Source: Crocinitomicaceae bacterium (GTDB lineage: Bacteria; Bacteroidota; Bacteroidia; Flavobacteriales_D; Crocinitomicaceae). Taken from it: 64,000 bases of DNA. Made by a program: the position numbers and the translations under genes. The DNA is taken from assembly GCA_031409255.1 (NCBI GenBank), contig JANNWW010000074.1, positions 18,042 to 82,041 of the forward strand, in the 5' to 3' direction. The notes below the pieces were generated by a model. That model saw only the letters and a program-made list of their open reading frames with translations. It did not search any database and was not told the origin of the DNA. Positions 9,154 through 21,971 of this stretch are shown here, piece by piece (within the stretch, counting starts at the first letter, position 1; every line of letters begins with the position of its first letter).

Positions 9154-10338
9154 ATGGCTAAGGAAAATTTTAATCGTTCCAAACCGCACGTTAACATCGG
9201 TACAATTGGTCACGTTGACCACGGAAAAACTACGTTAACTGCTGCAATTTCAAGTGTGTTAGCAGCAAAAGGATTGGCTGCTGTTCGTGATTTCTCTTCA
9301 ATTGACAACGCTCCTGAAGAAAAAGAACGTGGTATTACAATTAATACTTCACACATTGAGTATGAAACACTAGTTCGTCACTACGCTCACGTTGACTGTC
9401 CAGGTCACGCGGATTACGTTAAGAACATGGTAACAGGTGCTGCTCAAATGGATGGGGCTATTCTAGTTGTAGCTGCAACAGATGGTCCAATGCCACAAAC
9501 ACGTGAGCACATCCTCTTAGGAAAACAAGTTGGTGTTCCTCGTTTAGTTGTATTCATGAATAAAGTGGATATGGTTGACGATGCTGAATTATTAGAGCTT
9601 GTAGAAATGGAAGTTCGTGAATTGTTGTCTTTCTATGATTATGATGGTGACAATGCTCCGGTTATTCAAGGTTCTGCATTAGGTGCATTGAACGGAGAGC
9701 CAGAGTGGACTGCAAAAATCGATGAATTGATGGACGCAGTTGATACTTATATTGAGTTACCTCCACGTGATGTTGATAAGCCTTTCTTGATGCCAGTTGA
9801 AGATGTATTTACGATCACAGGTCGTGGAACAGTAGCTACAGGTCGTATCGAAACTGGTGTAATCAATTCAGGAGAAGGTGTTGAAATTTTAGGAATGGGT
9901 GATGAGAAATTAACATCAACTGTTACTGGAGTAGAGATGTTCCGTAAGATCTTGGATCGTGGTGAAGCTGGAGATAACGTTGGATTATTATTACGTGGTA
10001 TTGAGAAATCTCAAATCAAACGTGGTATGGTTATTTGTAAGCCAGGATCGGTTAAGCCGCATGCTGACTTCAAAGCTGAAATCTATGTATTGAAGAAAGA
10101 AGAAGGTGGTCGTCACACACCATTTCATAACAAATACCGTCCTCAGTTTTACTTCCGCACAACGGATGTAACAGGAGAAATTTTCTTGACTGACGGTCGT
10201 GAAATGGTTATGCCAGGTGATAACGTAACAATTACAGTTAAATTGATTGTTCCTGTAGCTATGGACAAAGGTCTTCGTTTCGCTATCCGTGAGGGTGGTC
10301 GTACTGTAGGAGCTGGTCAGGTTACTGAAATCATTTAG
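9154..10338 (+). CDS. tuf: Elongation factor Tu
   Basis: [45 protein letters not shown]. Confidence 0.99.
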   Translation: MAKENFNRSKPHVNIGTIGHVDHGKTTLTAAISSVLAAKGLAAVRDFSSIDNAPEEKERGITINTSHIEYETLVRHYAHVDCPGHADYVKNMVTGAAQMDGAILVVAATDGPMPQTREHILLGKQVGVPRLVVFMNKVDMVDDAELLELVEMEVRELLSFYDYDGDNAPVIQGSALGALNGEPEWTAKIDELMDAVDTYIELPPRDVDKPFLMPVEDVFTITGRGTVATGRIETGVINSGEGVEILGMGDEKLTSTVTGVEMFRKILDRGEAGDNVGLLLRGIEKSQIKRGMVICKPGSVKPHADFKAEIYVLKKEEGGRHTPFHNKYRPQFYFRTTDVTGEIFLTDGREMVMPGDNVTITVKLIVPVAMDKGLRFAIREGGRTVGAGQVTEII

Positions 10339-10358
10339 TCTATAATAAATTATGAGGG

Positions 10359-10385
10359 ATAGGGGAGGTAACTCCCCTATTTTTT
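10359..10385 (+). terminator. Intrinsic terminator hairpin after tuf
   Basis: ATAGGGGAG-GTAA-CTCCCCTAT followed by a T run. Confidence 0.8.
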
Positions 10386-10458
10386 ACGGGCGTAGCTCAG
10401 CTGGTAGAGTAGTGGTCTCCAAAACCATTGGCCGTGGGTTCGAATCCTACCGCCCGTG
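10386..10458 (+). tRNA. trnW: tRNA-Trp(CCA)
   Basis: Acceptor ACGGGCG/CGCCCGT, anticodon arm GTGGT-CT-CCA-AA-ACCAT. Canonical tuf-trnW-secE position. Confidence 0.96.
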
Positions 10459-10479
10459 CAACACTTAATATATATTGTC

Positions 10480-10698
10480 GTGTCAAAGTTTAGAAATTAT
10501 ATAAGCGAAACAGTTACGGAAATGACCCAAAACGTTTCGTGGCCAACATGGAAGGAATTACAAAGTAATGCGTTACTTGTAGTTGTAGCTTCTGTGATTT
10601 TTTCATTAATCGTTTTCGTTATGGATACATTAGTTGGAATTTCACCTAAAGAAAGTGTTTGGAAAGGCGTTGTTGGTTTTATTTATTCTTTCTTATAA
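10480..10698 (+). CDS. secE: Preprotein translocase subunit SecE
   Basis: VSWPTWKELQS motif plus TM helix. GTG 10480 preferred because the ORF-track start overlaps the tRNA. Confidence 0.92.
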   Translation: MSKFRNYISETVTEMTQNVSWPTWKELQSNALLVVVASVIFSLIVFVMDTLVGISPKESVWKGVVGFIYSFL

Positions 10699-10701
10699 GT
10701 A

Positions 10702-11253
10702 ATGAGCGACATTAAAAAACGTTGGTACGTAGTTCGTGCTGTAAGTGGTAAAGAAAAAAAAGTTAAAGAATATCTTGACTTAGAAATTTCTCGTCTTAAA
10801 TTAGACGACTACGTAGCGCAAGTTCTTATTCCAACAGAAAAAGTATTTCAAATCAAAAATGGTAAGAAAATCTCGAAAGAGAAAGCTTACCTACCTGGTT
10901 ATGTATTAATTGAGGCTGCTCTTTTAGGAGAAGTTCCTCACGTAATTAAAGGAATTCCAAATGTAATCGGTTTTCTTGGTGCGGAAAAAGGAGGTGAACC
11001 ACTTCCAATGCGTATCGCTGAAGTGAATCGTATATTAGGAAAAGTAGATGAACTTCTAGAAACGGAAGAAGAAGTTAAAATTCCATTCGTAGTTGGAGAG
11101 TCTGTTAAAGTTATTGACGGACCTTTCAATAATTTCTCTGGTGTAGTTGACGAAATCAATGAAGACAAAAAGAAGTTAAAAGTAATGGTGAAAATCTTCG
11201 GACGTAAAAACTTGCTTGAATTAAGTTACATGCAAGTTGAAAAAGAAGGGTAA
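10702..11253 (+). CDS. nusG: Transcription termination/antitermination factor NusG
   Basis: WYVVRAVSGKE, LPGYVLIE, KOW motif VKVIDGPFNNFSG. Confidence 0.98.
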   Translation: MSDIKKRWYVVRAVSGKEKKVKEYLDLEISRLKLDDYVAQVLIPTEKVFQIKNGKKISKEKAYLPGYVLIEAALLGEVPHVIKGIPNVIGFLGAEKGGEPLPMRIAEVNRILGKVDELLETEEEVKIPFVVGESVKVIDGPFNNFSGVVDEINEDKKKLKVMVKIFGRKNLLELSYMQVEKEG

Positions 11254-11337
11254 AAATGTATTAACCGCAGAAGCGTGTATGATGATTAAAGCTTCCCATC
11301 AAAAGTACACGTGTTTGACTGCATAATTTAAATAACA

Positions 11338-11784
11338 ATGGCTAAAGAAGTAGCAGCAATGATCAAATTACAGATCAAAGGTGGTGCAGCTAACCCAGCT
11401 CCTCCAGTTGGTCCTGCACTCGGTGCGAAAGGGGTCAACATCATGGAATTCTGCAAGCAATATAACGCTAGAACGCAGGATAAGCCAGGTAAGGTGTTAC
11501 CATGTGTGATTACTGTTTACGGTGACAAGTCGTTTGACTTCGTTATTAAAACTCCTCCAGCAGCAATCCAAATTATGGAAACTGTAAAGCTTAAAAAAGG
11601 TTCTTCTGAATCTAATAAAAGCAAAGTAGGTACGATGACTTGGGATCAAGTTCGTACAATCGCAGAAGACAAAATGCCAGACATGAACTGTTTTACAGTT
11701 GATTCTGCTATGTCAATGGTTGCTGGAACAGCACGAAGTATGGGTGTAATCGTTAAAGGTGGTAATGCACCAGTAACTAATTAA
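11338..11784 (+). CDS. rplK: 50S ribosomal protein L11
   Basis: [28 protein letters not shown]. Confidence 0.98.
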   Translation: MAKEVAAMIKLQIKGGAANPAPPVGPALGAKGVNIMEFCKQYNARTQDKPGKVLPCVITVYGDKSFDFVIKTPPAAIQIMETVKLKKGSSESNKSKVGTMTWDQVRTIAEDKMPDMNCFTVDSAMSMVAGTARSMGVIVKGGNAPVTN

Positions 11785-11795
11785 TCGTTTGTATC

Positions 11796-12494
11796 ATGGG
11801 AAGAATTTCTAAAAAAAGAAAAGAGGTTTTAGCTAAATTTGATTTGGCAAAACCATACACCTTGGTAGAAGCGTGTAATTTAGTTAAACAAATTACAACT
11901 ACTAAGTTTGATGCATCTGTTGATATATCTGTGCGCTTAGGAGTAGATCCACGTAAAGCGAACCAAATGGTGCGCGGTACGGTGGCTTTGCCTCATGGAA
12001 CTGGTAAGGACGTTAAAGTACTTGTACTTTGTACTCCTGACAAAGAAGCTGAAGCAATAGCTGCTGGTGCAGAATACGTTGGATTAGACGAATACATCGA
12101 CAAAATCAAAAATGGTTGGACAGACATCGACGTAATTATTACAATGCCATCTTGTATGGGTAAGGTTGGAGCTCTAGGTCGCGTTTTGGGACCTCGTGGT
12201 TTAATGCCAAATCCAAAGACTGGAACTGTAACAATGGAAGTTGGTAAAGCTGTTGAAGAAGTAAAAGCTGGAAAGATCGACTTTAAAGTTGATAAATACG
12301 GTAATATTCATTCATCTGTTGGGAAAGCTTCTTTCGAAGGAGAGAAAATTCGTGACAATGCATTTGAATTAATTCAACAGTTAATCAAATTGAAACCGTC
12401 TGCAGCAAAAGGAACGTATATCAAAAGTATTTACCTGAGCTCTACAATGTCTCCAAGTATCCATATTGATGCTAAGTCTGTTGTAGCTTTATAA
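11796..12494 (+). CDS. rplA: 50S ribosomal protein L1
   Basis: [33 protein letters not shown]. Confidence 0.98.
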   Translation: MGRISKKRKEVLAKFDLAKPYTLVEACNLVKQITTTKFDASVDISVRLGVDPRKANQMVRGTVALPHGTGKDVKVLVLCTPDKEAEAIAAGAEYVGLDEYIDKIKNGWTDIDVIITMPSCMGKVGALGRVLGPRGLMPNPKTGTVTMEVGKAVEEVKAGKIDFKVDKYGNIHSSVGKASFEGEKIRDNAFELIQQLIKLKPSAAKGTYIKSIYLSSTMSPSIHIDAKSVVAL

Positions 12495-12503
12495 TCTTGA
12501 ACT

Positions 12504-13025
12504 ATGAATAAAGATCAAAAACAAGAGTACATTGACGGTCTTGCTCAAGATTTATCTCAAGCAAACGTCTTTTATTTGGCAGATACAGCTGGACTTACAG
12601 TAGAAACTATTAACCAATTTCGTCGTCGTTGTTTCCAATCAGGAATCAAATTGCGTGTTGTGAAAAACGCGCTTCTAGCGAAAGCAATGGATAAAGTTGA
12701 AGGAAGAAATTATGGTGCTTTAACGGAAGTGTTAGCAGGACCAACATCAATCCTTTTTGCTGAAGTAGGTAATCTTCCTGCAAAATTAATCAAAGAATTC
12801 CGTAAGAAAAATGATAAACCTCTATTAAAAGGAGCTTATATTGATGAAGCAATCTTCGTTGGTGATAACCAACTAGATATGTTAGAAGCTATTAAGTCTC
12901 GTGAAGAATTGATTGGTGATATCATTGGCTTACTTCAAAGTCCTGCTAAGAATGTTATTTCTGGACTTACAGGTGGTGGTCAAAAAATTGCTGGAATCCT
13001 TAAAACGCTCTCTGAAAGAGCATAA
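12504..13025 (+). CDS. rplJ: 50S ribosomal protein L10
   Basis: VVKNALL, SREELIGDIIGLLQSP. Confidence 0.97.
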   Translation: MNKDQKQEYIDGLAQDLSQANVFYLADTAGLTVETINQFRRRCFQSGIKLRVVKNALLAKAMDKVEGRNYGALTEVLAGPTSILFAEVGNLPAKLIKEFRKKNDKPLLKGAYIDEAIFVGDNQLDMLEAIKSREELIGDIIGLLQSPAKNVISGLTGGGQKIAGILKTLSERA

Positions 13026-13063
13026 TTAAACAAATAGTAAAAACCTTTTTAAATTAAAATAAA

Positions 13064-13438
13064 ATGGCTGATTTAAAACAAATCGCGGAAACGTTAGTAA
13101 ACTTAACAGTTAAACAAGTTAATGAACTTGCAACTATTTTGAAAGATGAGTATGGTATAGAACCAGCTGCTGCAGCTCCTGTTATGGTTGCTGGTGGTGG
13201 CGGTGGTGCTGAAGCTGCTGCAGAACAAACTGAATTCGATGTAATATTGAAAGCAGGTGGTCCTAACAAATTAGCTGTTGTGAAGTTAGTGAAAGAATTA
13301 ACTGGTAATGGATTGAAAGAGTCGAAAGACTTAGTTGATGGAGCTCCTACAACTTTGAAAGAAGGTGTTTCTAAAGACGAAGCTAGTGCTTTGAAAACTC
13401 AGCTTGAAGAAGCGGGTGCTGAAGTAGAGATTAAGTAA
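13064..13438 (+). CDS. rplL: 50S ribosomal protein L7/L12
   Basis: [31 protein letters not shown]. Confidence 0.98.
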   Translation: MADLKQIAETLVNLTVKQVNELATILKDEYGIEPAAAAPVMVAGGGGGAEAAAEQTEFDVILKAGGPNKLAVVKLVKELTGNGLKESKDLVDGAPTTLKEGVSKDEASALKTQLEEAGAEVEIK

Positions 13439-13452
13439 TTAATACCAATTAC

Positions 13453-13498
13453 ACAGGAAAGGTGTCCCGGTTTTATCGGGATACCTATTCTTGTTTTT
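13453..13498 (+). terminator. Terminator/attenuator hairpin between rplL and rpoB
   Basis: GGTGTCCCG/CGGGATACC stem, extended by ACAGGAA/TTCTTGT, then T run. Confidence 0.7.
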
Positions 13499-13547
13499 CG
13501 GCGTTTACGCCAAACAAAAGTCCTTTTCAAAATTAAATTTTAGATCC

Positions 13548-16500
13548 TTGGCAACAACAAGCAATACACCAACAAGAATTAATTTTGCCTCAAGCAAAAA
13601 TCAGTTCGCCTATCCAGATTTCTTGGATATCCAGCTTAAATCATTCCAAGAGTTTTTCCAATTAGAGACAACTCCTGAAAACCGCGAAAGCGAAGGATTG
13701 TTCAAAGTTTTTGCAGAGAATTTCCCAATCACTGATACGCGTAATCAGTTCGTTTTGGAATTCCTCGATTACTTTATTGATCCACCTCGTTATACAATAG
13801 AAGAATGTATCGAACGTGGTTTAACGTATAGTGTTCCTCTTAAAGCAAAATTGAAATTGTATTGTACTGATCCTGAACATGAGGATTTTGAAACAATCGT
13901 TCAAGATGTTTATTTAGGAACAATTCCTTACATGACTCCAAAAGGATCATTCGTGATCAACGGTGCTGAGCGCGTTATCGTTTCTCAATTACACCGTTCT
14001 CCGGGTGTTTTCTTCGGACAAAGCCGCCATGCAAATGGTACAAAATTGTATTCTGCTCGTGTAATTCCTTTCAAGGGTTCTTGGATAGAATTTGCAACAG
14101 ATATTAACAACGTAATGTATGCTTACATCGACCGTAAGAAGAAATTACCCGTTACAACATTGTTCCGTGCAATCGGTTATGAAACTGATAAAGATATTTT
14201 AGAAATATTTGGTTTAGCTGACGAAATTAAGTCGAGTAAAGCTAATCTGAAAAAATGTGTTGGTAGACGCCTTGCTGCACGTGTATTGAAGTCTTGGATT
14301 GAGGACTTTGGAGACGAAGATACAGGTGAAATGGTTTCTATCGAACGAAATGAAGTAATCCTAGAGCGTGAAACACTTCTAGAAGATCACCACATTGATG
14401 CAATCATTGATGCAGGTGTGAAAACAGTTATCTTCCACAAAGAAGATGCAAATGCTGCAGATTACACAATTATTTATAATACATTACAAAAAGATACTTC
14501 CAACTCTGAAAAAGAAGCTTTGGAACATATCTACAGACAGTTACGTAACGCTGAACCGCCAGATTTTGAAACGGCTAAAGGTGTATTCGATAAATTATTC
14601 TTCTCTGACGCACGTTACGATCTTGGTGAGGTTGGGCGTTACAGAATGAACAAAAAATTGAATCTAGATAGCAATGAAGCTTCGCGTGTTCTCACGAAAA
14701 ACGATATTCTTTGTATCATTAAATATTTAATAGAATTAATCAACTCCAAAGCAGATGTAGATGATATCGACCACTTGTCGAATCGTCGTGTACGAACTGT
14801 TGGTGAACAATTGTTTTCTCAGTTTGGAGTTGGTCTTGCACGTATGGCGCGAACTATTCGTGAGCGTATGAACGTTCGTGACAATGAGGTCTTTACTCCA
14901 ATCGATTTGATCAATGCGAAAACACTTTCGTCTGTAATTAATTCGTTCTTTGGAACAAACCAATTGTCTCAGTTCATGGATCAAACAAATCCGCTTTCTG
15001 AAGTAACGCACAAGCGTCGACTTTCGGCACTCGGACCAGGTGGACTTTCACGTGAAAGAGCAGGTTTTGAAGTGCGAGATGTTCACTATACGCACTACGG
15101 TCGTTTGTGTACTATCGAAACTCCCGAAGGACCAAATATTGGTCTAATTTCTTCACTTTGTGTATTCGCAAAAGTGAATAAATTAGGTTTCATCGAAACT
15201 CCTTACCGGAAAGTGGATAAAGGAATTGTTGACGTGAAAAACGAACCAATTTACCTTTCTGCTGAAGAAGAAGACGCTCAAACTATTGCACAAGCAAATG
15301 CAATACTAGATGATAAAGGTAATTTCCTTTCTGGTCTAGTAAAAGCAAGATACGAAGGAGATTTTCCTTTAGTTGATCCTAAGAAATTAACGTTGATGGA
15401 TGTAGGTGCAAATCAAATTGCATCAATTGCAGCATCTTCCATTCCTTTCTTAGAGCATGATGATGCCAATCGCGCCCTAATGGGATCGAATATGCAGCGC
15501 CAAGCAGTGCCACTATTGCGTCCTGAATCTCCAGTAGTTGGAACAGGAATTGAACAGTTAGTTGCGCGTGATTCTCGCGTATTAATTAATGCAGAAGGAA
15601 CGGGTACTGTTGAATATGTTGATGCGAATGAAATTGTTATTCGCTACGACTGGTCAAACGACGACCGTTTGGTGTCTTTTGATTCAGAAGTGAGAAAATA
15701 TTCATTGACGAAATTCAAGAAAACAAATCAAAGTACAACTATGAACTTAAAACCTATCGTTAAGAAAGGTGATAGAGTTGAAAAAGGACAAGTGCTTTGT
15801 GAAGGATACGCTACGCAAGGAGGTGAATTAGCTCTCGGACAAAACTTAATGGTGGCGTTCATGCCATGGAAAGGGTACAACTTCGAGGATGCAATCGTTA
15901 TTTCTGAGAAAGTTGTTCGTCAAGACATCTTTACTTCTATTCACATCGATGAATATGCTTTAGAAGTGCGCGACACAAAACGTGGAATGGAAGAATTAAC
16001 TTCAGATATTCCAAACGTTTCTGAAGAAGCTACTAAAGATTTAGATGAAAACGGTTTAATCCGCATTGGTGCTGAAATCAAAGAAGGTGATATCTTAATT
16101 GGTAAAATCACACCAAAAGGGGAAACTGATCCATCTCCAGAAGAGAAACTTTTACGTGCAATCTTTGGAGACAAAGCAGGCGATGTAAAAGATGCTTCTT
16201 TGAAAGCTGGACCTTCTTTACGTGGGGTTGTTGTGAACAAGAAATTGTTCTCAAGAGCAAACAAAGACCGTAAAACTAAAGCACAAGACAAACCAATTTT
16301 GGAAGTCTTAGATGCTGATTTTGAAAAAGATACCGCTTTGTTAAAAGAAGCATTAGTTGATAAATTAATTACCATTTTAGGTGAAACTAAATCTGCTGGA
16401 GTTTTCAATAACTTCAAAGAAGAAGTCATCAAAAAAGGAATGAAATTTTCTGCTAAAAACTTGTTAGCAATCGATTATTCAATAATCAATCCTACAAATT

Positions 16501-17360
16501 GGACGGGTGAATCTGGAATGAATGCCCTAATTTCACGTTTGTTGCACAACTACACAATCAAAGCAAACGATATTCTTGGTTCTTACAAACGTAAAAAAAT
16601 TCATATTTCAGTTGGTGATGAATTGCCAACAGGAATCATGAAAATGGCCAAAGTATATGTTGCTCAAAAACGTAAGTTGAAAGTAGGTGATAAAATGGCA
16701 GGTCGCCATGGTAATAAAGGTATTGTTGCAAACATAGTTCGCGCTGAAGACATGCCGTTCTTAGAAGATGGAACGCCTGTTGATATCGTTTTGAATCCGC
16801 TTGGTGTACCTTCTCGTATGAACTTAGGTCAGATTTATGAAACCGTTCTCGGATGGGCTGGTCAAAAATTAGGAGTTAAGTTCGCTACGCCAATTTTTGA
16901 TGGTGCAAAACCATCTGAAATTGACGAATGGACTGAAAAAGCAGGTGTTCCACGTTCAGGTAAAACTTACCTTTATGATGGCGGAACCGGTGAACGTTTC
17001 CATCAACCTGCAACCGTTGGAGTAATCTACATGTTGAAATTATCTCACATGGTTGATGACAAAATGCACGGTCGTTCAATCGGTCCATACTCACTTATTA
17101 CACAACAACCACTTGGAGGTAAAGCTCAGTTTGGTGGACAACGTTTTGGTGAAATGGAGGTTTGGGCATTGGAAGCATTTGGTGCTGCAAATATCCTACA
17201 AGAAATTTTGACAGTTAAATCTGATGACGTGATGGGTCGTGCGAAAGCTTATGAAGCTATCGTTAAAGGCGATAACATTCCTGAGCCAGGTATTCCTGAA
17301 TCATTCAACGTATTGTTGCATGAATTAAGAGGTCTTGGATTGAGTATTTCAATGGACTAA
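13548..17360 (+). CDS. rpoB: RNA polymerase beta subunit
   Basis: [56 protein letters not shown] 13548 preferred over 13491. Confidence 0.99.
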   Translation: MATTSNTPTRINFASSKNQFAYPDFLDIQLKSFQEFFQLETTPENRESEGLFKVFAENFPITDTRNQFVLEFLDYFIDPPRYTIEECIERGLTYSVPLKAKLKLYCTDPEHEDFETIVQDVYLGTIPYMTPKGSFVINGAERVIVSQLHRSPGVFFGQSRHANGTKLYSARVIPFKGSWIEFATDINNVMYAYIDRKKKLPVTTLFRAIGYETDKDILEIFGLADEIKSSKANLKKCVGRRLAARVLKSWIEDFGDEDTGEMVSIERNEVILERETLLEDHHIDAIIDAGVKTVIFHKEDANAADYTIIYNTLQKDTSNSEKEALEHIYRQLRNAEPPDFETAKGVFDKLFFSDARYDLGEVGRYRMNKKLNLDSNEASRVLTKNDILCIIKYLIELINSKADVDDIDHLSNRRVRTVGEQLFSQFGVGLARMARTIRERMNVRDNEVFTPIDLINAKTLSSVINSFFGTNQLSQFMDQTNPLSEVTHKRRLSALGPGGLSRERAGFEVRDVHYTHYGRLCTIETPEGPNIGLISSLCVFAKVNKLGFIETPYRKVDKGIVDVKNEPIYLSAEEEDAQTIAQANAILDDKGNFLSGLVKARYEGDFPLVDPKKLTLMDVGANQIASIAASSIPFLEHDDANRALMGSNMQRQAVPLLRPESPVVGTGIEQLVARDSRVLINAEGTGTVEYVDANEIVIRYDWSNDDRLVSFDSEVRKYSLTKFKKTNQSTTMNLKPIVKKGDRVEKGQVLCEGYATQGGELALGQNLMVAFMPWKGYNFEDAIVISEKVVRQDIFTSIHIDEYALEVRDTKRGMEELTSDIPNVSEEATKDLDENGLIRIGAEIKEGDILIGKITPKGETDPSPEEKLLRAIFGDKAGDVKDASLKAGPSLRGVVVNKKLFSRANKDRKTKAQDKPILEVLDADFEKDTALLKEALVDKLITILGETKSAGVFNNFKEEVIKKGMKFSAKNLLAIDYSIINPTNWTGESGMNALISRLLHNYTIKANDILGSYKRKKIHISVGDELPTGIMKMAKVYVAQKRKLKVGDKMAGRHGNKGIVANIVRAEDMPFLEDGTPVDIVLNPLGVPSRMNLGQIYETVLGWAGQKLGVKFATPIFDGAKPSEIDEWTEKAGVPRSGKTYLYDGGTGERFHQPATVGVIYMLKLSHMVDDKMHGRSIGPYSLITQQPLGGKAQFGGQRFGEMEVWALEAFGAANILQEILTVKSDDVMGRAKAYEAIVKGDNIPEPGIPESFNVLLHELRGLGLSISMD

Positions 17361-17406
17361 CAAACGAATCAGATTATTTTGACAATTATTTTAAAGAAAT
17401 AAAAAA

Positions 17407-20400
17407 ATGGCTTTTAGAAAAGAAACACCGAAAAAACAAAGTAGCTTCAACAGGATAACTATCTCGTTGGCTTCTCCAGAGGTGATTAGCGACAACTCCA
17501 GTGGAGAAGTCCTTAAGCCGGAAACAATTAATTACCGTACTTACAAACCGGAACGTGATGGTTTGTTTTGTGAACGTATTTTCGGACCTGTTAAAGATTA
17601 CGAATGTCACTGTGGAAAATACAAACGTATCCGATACAAAGGAATCGTATGTGACCGTTGTGGTGTAGAAGTTACAGAGAAAAAAGTGCGCCGCGAGCGT
17701 ATGGGGCACATTGCTTTAGTTGTTCCAGTTGCACACATCTGGTATTTCCGTTCTTTGCCAAATAAAATTGGTTATTTACTTGGTTTGCCAACTAAAAAGT
17801 TGGATCAAATCATTTATTATGAGCGTTACGTGGTTATTCAAATCGGTATTGCTACCAAATTGGATGGCTCTTCACTTACTGAAAAAGAATTCCTAACAGA
17901 AGAAGAATACATTGATATTTTGGAGACACTTCCACGTGAAAACCAAATGTTAGATGATTCAGATCCAAACAAATTTGTTGCAAAAATGGGTGCAGAAGCA
18001 CTTTATGATTTGTTGAAAAAAATGAATTTGGAGAACTTGGCTGCAGATTTACGTCACCAAGCAAATAACGAAACATCTGTTCAACGTAAACACGACGCAT
18101 TGAAGCGCCTTCAAGTAGTTGAGCAAATGCGCGAATCTCAAACACGTATCGATAACCGTCCAGAGTGGATGATTATTCGTGTTGTACCTGTTATTCCACC
18201 TGAATTGCGTCCACTCGTTCCATTAGATGGAGGACGTTTCGCAACTTCAGATTTAAATGACCTTTACCGCCGTGTAATTATTCGCAACAACCGTTTGAAG
18301 CGCTTGATCGAAATCAAAGCTCCAGAGGTTATCTTGCGTAATGAGAAACGTATGCTTCAAGAGTCTGTCGATTCATTATTCGATAACTCGCGTAAAGCAT
18401 CTGCTGTAAAAACAGAATCAAATCGTCCGTTGAAATCTCTTTCAGATTCATTGAAAGGTAAACAAGGTCGTTTCCGTCAAAATTTACTTGGAAAACGTGT
18501 AGATTATTCAGCACGTTCAGTAATTGTTGTTGGTCCAGATTTAAAATTACATGAATGTGGTTTACCAAAAGATATGGCTGCGGAATTATACAAACCGTTC
18601 ATTATTCGTAAGATGATTGAGCGTGGTATCGTAAAAACAGTTAAATCAGCTAAGAAAATTGTTGACCGCAAAGAACCAGTTGTTTGGGATATCTTAGAAA
18701 ACGTATTGAAAGGTCACCCAGTTCTTTTGAACCGTGCACCAACACTTCACCGTTTAGGTATCCAAGCATTTCAGCCAAAATTAATTGAAGGAAAAGCGAT
18801 TCGTTTGCACCCGTTGGTAACAACAGCATTCAAAGCCGATTTTGATGGTGACCAAATGGCAGTTCACTTACCTTTAGGTAACGCTGCAATTTTGGAAGCG
18901 CAATTATTAATGTTGGCATCGCACAATATTTTGAATCCAGCTAACGGAGCTCCAATTGCCGTTCCTTCTCAGGATATGGTCTTGGGTCTTTATTACATTA
19001 CTAAAGGTCGCAGAACAACAGACGAACAAGTAATGAAAGGTCAAGATTCAACGTTTTATTCTCCAAAAGAGGTAAACATTGCTTACAATGAAGGAAAGTT
19101 AGATTTACATTCGCATATCAAGGTCAAAACTTATGATTTAGATGCTGAATCTGGTGTTCCTACAATTCAACTTATTGAAACAACTTGTGGAAAAGTATTG
19201 TTCAATGAATTGGTTCCGCGTGAAGTTGGTTTCATCAATCAAGTATTGACTAAAAAAGCATTGCGCGATATTATCGGACATGTATTGAAAATATGTGGAA
19301 CCGTTAAAACTGCAAAATTCTTAGATGATATCAAAGAATTAGGTTACAGTATGGCCTTCCGTGGTGGATTGTCTTTCAACTTGGATCATATTATTATTCC
19401 TAAAGAAAAAGAAATTTTAGTTGCCAAAGCTGAAGAGCAAGTGAAAGAAGTAATGGAAAATTATAACCTTGGTTTGTTAACAAACAACGAGCGTTATAAT
19501 CAAATTATTGATATTTGGACAAAAACAAATAACCGTCTAACTGCAACCCTAATGGATCAGTTAGAAAACGACAATCAAGGTTTCAACTCAATTTACATGA
19601 TGTTTGATTCTGGAGCGCGTGGTTCGAAAGAACAAATTCGTCAGTTGTCTGGTATGCGTGGTTTGATGGCAAAACCTCAAAAATCTGGAGCCTCAGCTCA
19701 AGAAATTATTGAGAACCCAATTCTTTCCAACTTTAAAGAAGGTTTGTCTATCTTAGAATATTTTATCTCTACTCACGGTGCGCGTAAAGGTTTGGCCGAT
19801 ACAGCATTGAAAACAGCTGATGCTGGTTACTTGACACGTCGTTTAGTTGACGTTGCACAAGATGTTGTCATCAATGTTGTTGATTGTGGAACTTTGCGTG
19901 GTCTTGTGGCTACAGCATTGAAGAAAAACGACGATGTTGTTGAACCATTATATGATCGTATTTTAGGAAGAACAACAGTTCATGACGTATACAACCCTGA
20001 TACCGAAGAGTTAATCGTTTCTGCTGGTGAATTAATTTCTGAAGCTGTTGCAGATGCAATCGGTAAAGCAGGAATTGAAGAAGTAGAAATTCGCTCAGTA
20101 TTAACATGTGAAATGCGCCGAGGTGTATGTTCCAAATGTTACGGGCGAAACTTAGCAACCCACAGAAGCGCTCAAGAAGGTGATGCAGTTGGTGTTATTG
20201 CTGCACAATCAATTGGTGAACCAGGAACTCAGTTAACATTACGTACTTTCCACGTTGGGGGTACAGCATCTAATATTGCAGATGTATCTGACTTAAAAGC
20301 GAAAGCATCAGGACGTTTAGAAATCGATGAGTTGCGAACAATTGTTCGAAAAGCAGCTGATGGAACTGAAAAAGTGATTGTTGTTGGACGTTCTGCTGAA

Positions 20401-21690
20401 TTGAAAATCGTTGAAAAGAAAACTGGCGTTGCTTTAATGACATCAAACGTTCCTTACGGTTCTGAGATGTTGGTTAACAGTAGCGCAGATATCAAAAAAG
20501 GAGACGTTATTTGTAAATGGGATCCATACAATGCCGTTATCATCACGGAAGTGAAAGGAAAGGTGTTGTTTGAAAGCATAGTTGAGGGAATTACATTCCG
20601 CGAGGAAGTTGATGAGCAAACTGGATTTACAGAGAAAGTAATCATCGAGTCTCGCGATAAGAAAAGAAACCCTGCAATTCACATCATCGATCCTAAAACA
20701 AAAGAAGTGTTACGCGAATACAACATTCCTGTTGATTCACACATTTCTGTTGCAGAAGGTGACATGGTTGATTTAGGTGTAATCTTAGTTAAAATCCCGC
20801 GTGTAGCTGGAAAAACTGGAGATATTACCGGAGGTCTTCCACGTGTAACTGAGTTATTCGAAGCACGTAACCCATCGAACCCTGCAGTTGTTTCTGCAAT
20901 TGATGGAATCGTTGAATTTGGAAAAATCAAACGTGGTAATCGTGAAATTCAAGTAACATCTAAAGGTGGAGACGTTCACAAATACTTAGTTCCTTTATCG
21001 AAACACATCTTGGTACAAGAGAATGATTTCGTTCGTGCTGGTCAACCATTGTCTGATGGAGCAATCACTCCAAATGATATATTGAATATTCAAGGACCGA
21101 CGAAAGTTCAGGAATATATTGTGAATGAAATCCAAGAGGTTTACCGTTTGCAAGGGGTGAAAATCAACGACAAACATTTCGAAGTAATTGTTCGTCAAAT
21201 GATGTTGAAAGTTGAAATCATTGATGCTGGAGATACTCGTTTCTTGGAAGGACAATCTGTTCACAAAGCAGATTTCATGGAAGAAAACGATTCAATATAC
21301 GGAATGCGTGTAGTTGTTGACTCAGGTGATGCAGAAACGCTTCGTCCTGGTGCAATTGTTTCAGCGCGTAAGTTACGTGACGAAAATTCACAATTGAAAC
21401 GCGCAGACAAACGCTTGATCGAATCTCGTGATGCGGTTCCTGCAACTTCAACACCTTTACTTCAAGGAATTACGCGTGCTTCACTTCAAACACAATCGTT
21501 TATTTCTGCGGCATCGTTCCAGGAAACTACGAAAGTATTGAACGAAGCTGCTATCTCAGGAAAAGTGGATCACTTGTTAGGTTTGAAAGAAAATGTAATC
21601 GTTGGTCACTTAATTCCAGCGGGAACAGGTGTTCGCAAATTCCAACAAGTAATTGTTACAAATAAAGAAGAATTAGAGTCGCTTTCTTAA
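17407..21690 (+). CDS. rpoC: RNA polymerase beta' subunit
   Basis: Zn finger, [36 protein letters not shown]. The catalytic motif reads KADFDGD. Confidence 0.99.
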   Translation: MAFRKETPKKQSSFNRITISLASPEVISDNSSGEVLKPETINYRTYKPERDGLFCERIFGPVKDYECHCGKYKRIRYKGIVCDRCGVEVTEKKVRRERMGHIALVVPVAHIWYFRSLPNKIGYLLGLPTKKLDQIIYYERYVVIQIGIATKLDGSSLTEKEFLTEEEYIDILETLPRENQMLDDSDPNKFVAKMGAEALYDLLKKMNLENLAADLRHQANNETSVQRKHDALKRLQVVEQMRESQTRIDNRPEWMIIRVVPVIPPELRPLVPLDGGRFATSDLNDLYRRVIIRNNRLKRLIEIKAPEVILRNEKRMLQESVDSLFDNSRKASAVKTESNRPLKSLSDSLKGKQGRFRQNLLGKRVDYSARSVIVVGPDLKLHECGLPKDMAAELYKPFIIRKMIERGIVKTVKSAKKIVDRKEPVVWDILENVLKGHPVLLNRAPTLHRLGIQAFQPKLIEGKAIRLHPLVTTAFKADFDGDQMAVHLPLGNAAILEAQLLMLASHNILNPANGAPIAVPSQDMVLGLYYITKGRRTTDEQVMKGQDSTFYSPKEVNIAYNEGKLDLHSHIKVKTYDLDAESGVPTIQLIETTCGKVLFNELVPREVGFINQVLTKKALRDIIGHVLKICGTVKTAKFLDDIKELGYSMAFRGGLSFNLDHIIIPKEKEILVAKAEEQVKEVMENYNLGLLTNNERYNQIIDIWTKTNNRLTATLMDQLENDNQGFNSIYMMFDSGARGSKEQIRQLSGMRGLMAKPQKSGASAQEIIENPILSNFKEGLSILEYFISTHGARKGLADTALKTADAGYLTRRLVDVAQDVVINVVDCGTLRGLVATALKKNDDVVEPLYDRILGRTTVHDVYNPDTEELIVSAGELISEAVADAIGKAGIEEVEIRSVLTCEMRRGVCSKCYGRNLATHRSAQEGDAVGVIAAQSIGEPGTQLTLRTFHVGGTASNIADVSDLKAKASGRLEIDELRTIVRKAADGTEKVIVVGRSAELKIVEKKTGVALMTSNVPYGSEMLVNSSADIKKGDVICKWDPYNAVIITEVKGKVLFESIVEGITFREEVDEQTGFTEKVIIESRDKKRNPAIHIIDPKTKEVLREYNIPVDSHISVAEGDMVDLGVILVKIPRVAGKTGDITGGLPRVTELFEARNPSNPAVVSAIDGIVEFGKIKRGNREIQVTSKGGDVHKYLVPLSKHILVQENDFVRAGQPLSDGAITPNDILNIQGPTKVQEYIVNEIQEVYRLQGVKINDKHFEVIVRQMMLKVEIIDAGDTRFLEGQSVHKADFMEENDSIYGMRVVVDSGDAETLRPGAIVSARKLRDENSQLKRADKRLIESRDAVPATSTPLLQGITRASLQTQSFISAASFQETTKVLNEAAISGKVDHLLGLKENVIVGHLIPAGTGVRKFQQVIVTNKEELESLS

Positions 21691-21714
21691 TTGAAAACAC
21701 TTTCTATAAATCAG

Positions 21715-21746
21715 AAATCCCCGTTCAGTTGAGCGGGGATTTTTTT
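21715..21746 (+). terminator. Intrinsic terminator after rpoC
   Basis: AAATCCCCGTTCA/TGAGCGGGGATTT stem plus T run. Confidence 0.85.
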
Positions 21747-21971
21747 GTAAATAATTCTTCGAGAAGATCCTAAAACTTTCTGAAAAAGGTCTGTGAAAAA
21801 CAATCGAATTGATTCGCCAAACATTTTTTTCTATTAAATTAGAATAGTTTATTCATAATTTGAAGTGAATTAGTAAGTAAACTTAAGTTCATAGGATTTC
21901 AACTTTACTTGTTTTTTAATTCTCATTTCATCATTTAATTAATTAAATTTAGAATCTAAACGTTAACAACT

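Noticed and set aside
14935-15145. Rifampicin-resistance substitutions in RpoB
   Set aside because: Cluster I ([20 protein letters not shown]) and EGPNIGLI read as wild type.
14446-21264. Antisense and alternate-frame ORFs over rpoB and rpoC (and similar 60-160 aa shadow ORFs over other genes)
   Set aside because: They lie fully inside conserved genes, have no recognisable motifs, and are explained by codon bias of the real strand.
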